Shown: piece by piece, positions 62,581 to 64,000 of the stretch
Layout: every line of letters begins with the position of its first letter
Numbering within the stretch: position 1 is the stretch's first letter
NCBI GenBank assembly: GCA_051530055.1
Contig: CM121342.1
Location: 11,981,480-12,045,479, forward strand
DNA: 64,000 nucleotides
Direction of reading: 5' to 3'
Origin: Neoechinorhynchus agilis
Taxonomy: Eukaryota; Animalia; Acanthocephala
The notes under the pieces: model-generated
The model's input: the letters and a program-made list of their open reading frames with translations, nothing else
Database searches by the model: none
What the model was told of the DNA's origin: nothing
Position numbers and translations under genes: made by a program

Positions 62581-63473
62581 AATTAATAAATGAGTATCGA
62601 TAACACCGGGGACAGGATTCACTAACGTGCAAGAAAATTAAATGTTTCTTGTTGTTGAAGCAACACCTTATCAATAACAACAACAATTTATTCGGAAAGG
62701 CGCACCAAGACTCATCAATTGAACGTTTACGATAAGTTGCACGCGGCGTTTTTATGGACATTCTCGTTTTCGCGAATGTTTTTCTACCGATACATGCTAC
62801 TGTTTTTTTTAGAAATATTTTTGCGCAAATCGAATTTTTCACGGAAACTACGCAAATAAGAATGCATTAAACCCATCGTAAGTAAATGTTTACGAAGTTT
62901 GCAAGTAGAAGTCTTTTTAGGAAATCACAGGTAAATAGCGGATATGTAAGTTTATTTCGTATTTAAATCAGAACATTTAAATTTGTTCGATCAGAACCGA
63001 GATTATTTCGTTCGCGATTTTTAAAGTGATCCGGTTTAACATGTTTTTAAGAGTCAATCAAGACAACGTCCCAGAAAGGAGAGGTCTTGTCAGAAAGATT
63101 GCTCCTGAGAAATGAGCCTGAAGTTGCATGTTGACCTTCTAAAATCGCTATTTTAGCAACTTTGCGTTGTGGGAATTTATTGTCGCAAACTTTTGATAAT
63201 TTCCGCTTTGATCTCTTTGTGAATGAAGTAACTATAGTTTCCTAGTAGAGCATTTGCTTGCGCTTTTCGAACATCGTGATAAAAGTTCTTATCCGAAATA
63301 ATAGGCATGTTCTAGAAACGAGATGTATCGATGTTTTGAAAGACTTGCCCGTGTACGTTGATCGATTTGATAACATTGCAGCTAAATGTACAATATTTGC
63401 TGCCTTTGCCGAATGGATAAAAGTGAGCCCGTAGATCACTTGAAGGTATCTTCTTTTGTGACTCCTCTGATCA

Positions 63474-64000
63474 ATGGCGTTCGTTCACTTACTTCTCGCG
63501 CTCTTCGTTACATCAAAAACGTTTTCTGCGATGGAAATTTCTGACTTAATGCAGAATGGCGATGAACCAAACGCAACAATTATTGAAGAGAGAGGCTGCG
63601 GAAGTTTCATCTGCCCAAAACTTCTTTGTTGTTCAGTCCCAAGAATAATCTACACGACAACATGTCCACCAACCTGCCAACCACCTTGCAGACCACACTG
63701 CCCACCACCTTGCCCACCAACCTGCAAATCATACTGCCCACAACCTTGTCCACCAACCTGCCAACCACCTTGCAGACCACCTTGCCCACCACCTTGCCAA
63801 CCAACCTGCCCACCACCCCACCACCCCTCCACCACCACCTGCCCACCAACCTGCCCACCAACCTGCCAACCACCTTGCAGACCACACTGCCCACCAACCT
63901 GCAAACCACACTACCCACCAACCTGCCCACCAACCTGCCAACCACCTTGCAGACCACACTGCCCACCACCTTGCCCACCAACCTGCAAACCACACTGCCC
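63474..64000 (+). CDS. Secreted Cys/Pro-rich repeat protein, further paralogue; open to the window end (not in the ORF track)
   Basis: ATG at 63474: [56 protein letters not shown]...([12 protein letters not shown])n with no stop before 64000. Confidence 0.88.
   Translation, partial: MAFVHLLLALFVTSKTFSAMEISDLMQNGDEPNATIIEERGCGSFICPKLLCCSVPRIIYTTTCPPTCQPPCRPHCPPPCPPTCKSYCPQPCPPTCQPPCRPPCPPPCQPTCPPPHHPSTTTCPPTCPPTCQPPCRPHCPPTCKPHYPPTCPPTCQPPCRPHCPPPCPPTCKPHC

Larger units (their letters stand above)
62415..62610. repeat. Long DNA palindrome: 91-bp arms (86/91 match), 14-nt spacer
   Basis: 62415-62505 is the reverse complement of 62520-62610 with 5 differences. Confidence 0.95.

Noticed and set aside
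1-64000. Assignment to a specific host taxon (e.g. myxozoan or other compact-intron invertebrate)
   Set aside because: Intron size, TE spectrum and the Cys-rich proteins are suggestive but not diagnostic without a search.

Overview
Eukaryotic (metazoan-like, AT-rich, 46-165 nt introns) window that is mostly a patchwork of decayed retroelements: Ty3/gypsy, APE-type LINEs (L2/CR1-like, I/Jockey-like, RTE), CRE-clade RLE non-LTR elements, Penelope-like elements (PLEs) and a tRNA-derived SINE. The only clearly intact host-type genes are a family of intronless, secreted Cys/Pro-rich (CPPx)n proteins. There are 3 complete copies, 1 running off the window end and 1 C-terminal fragment. A three-intron kanadaptin (SLC4A1AP)-like gene is damaged at both ends, and there are several decayed kinase and NHL-repeat relics. 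Positions 1-9820 recur almost identically at 32089-41908, followed by a rearranged continuation. The most unusual sequence-level signals are four. (i) A ~200-bp DNA palindrome (62415-62610) whose two arms each encode an intact minimal hammerhead ribozyme with structure-preserving differences. (ii) A gypsy LTR whose primer-binding position is a perfect 16-nt complement of the LTR itself, possibly self-priming. (iii) A 1.63-kb chimeric insertion bounded by a 9-bp target duplication, containing a twin-priming-type inversion. (iv) A head-to-head SINE pair carrying a permuted hammerhead-like core. All calls come from reading the sequence and ORF track by eye; no database searches were run. TE boundaries are approximate unless exact junctions are quoted.
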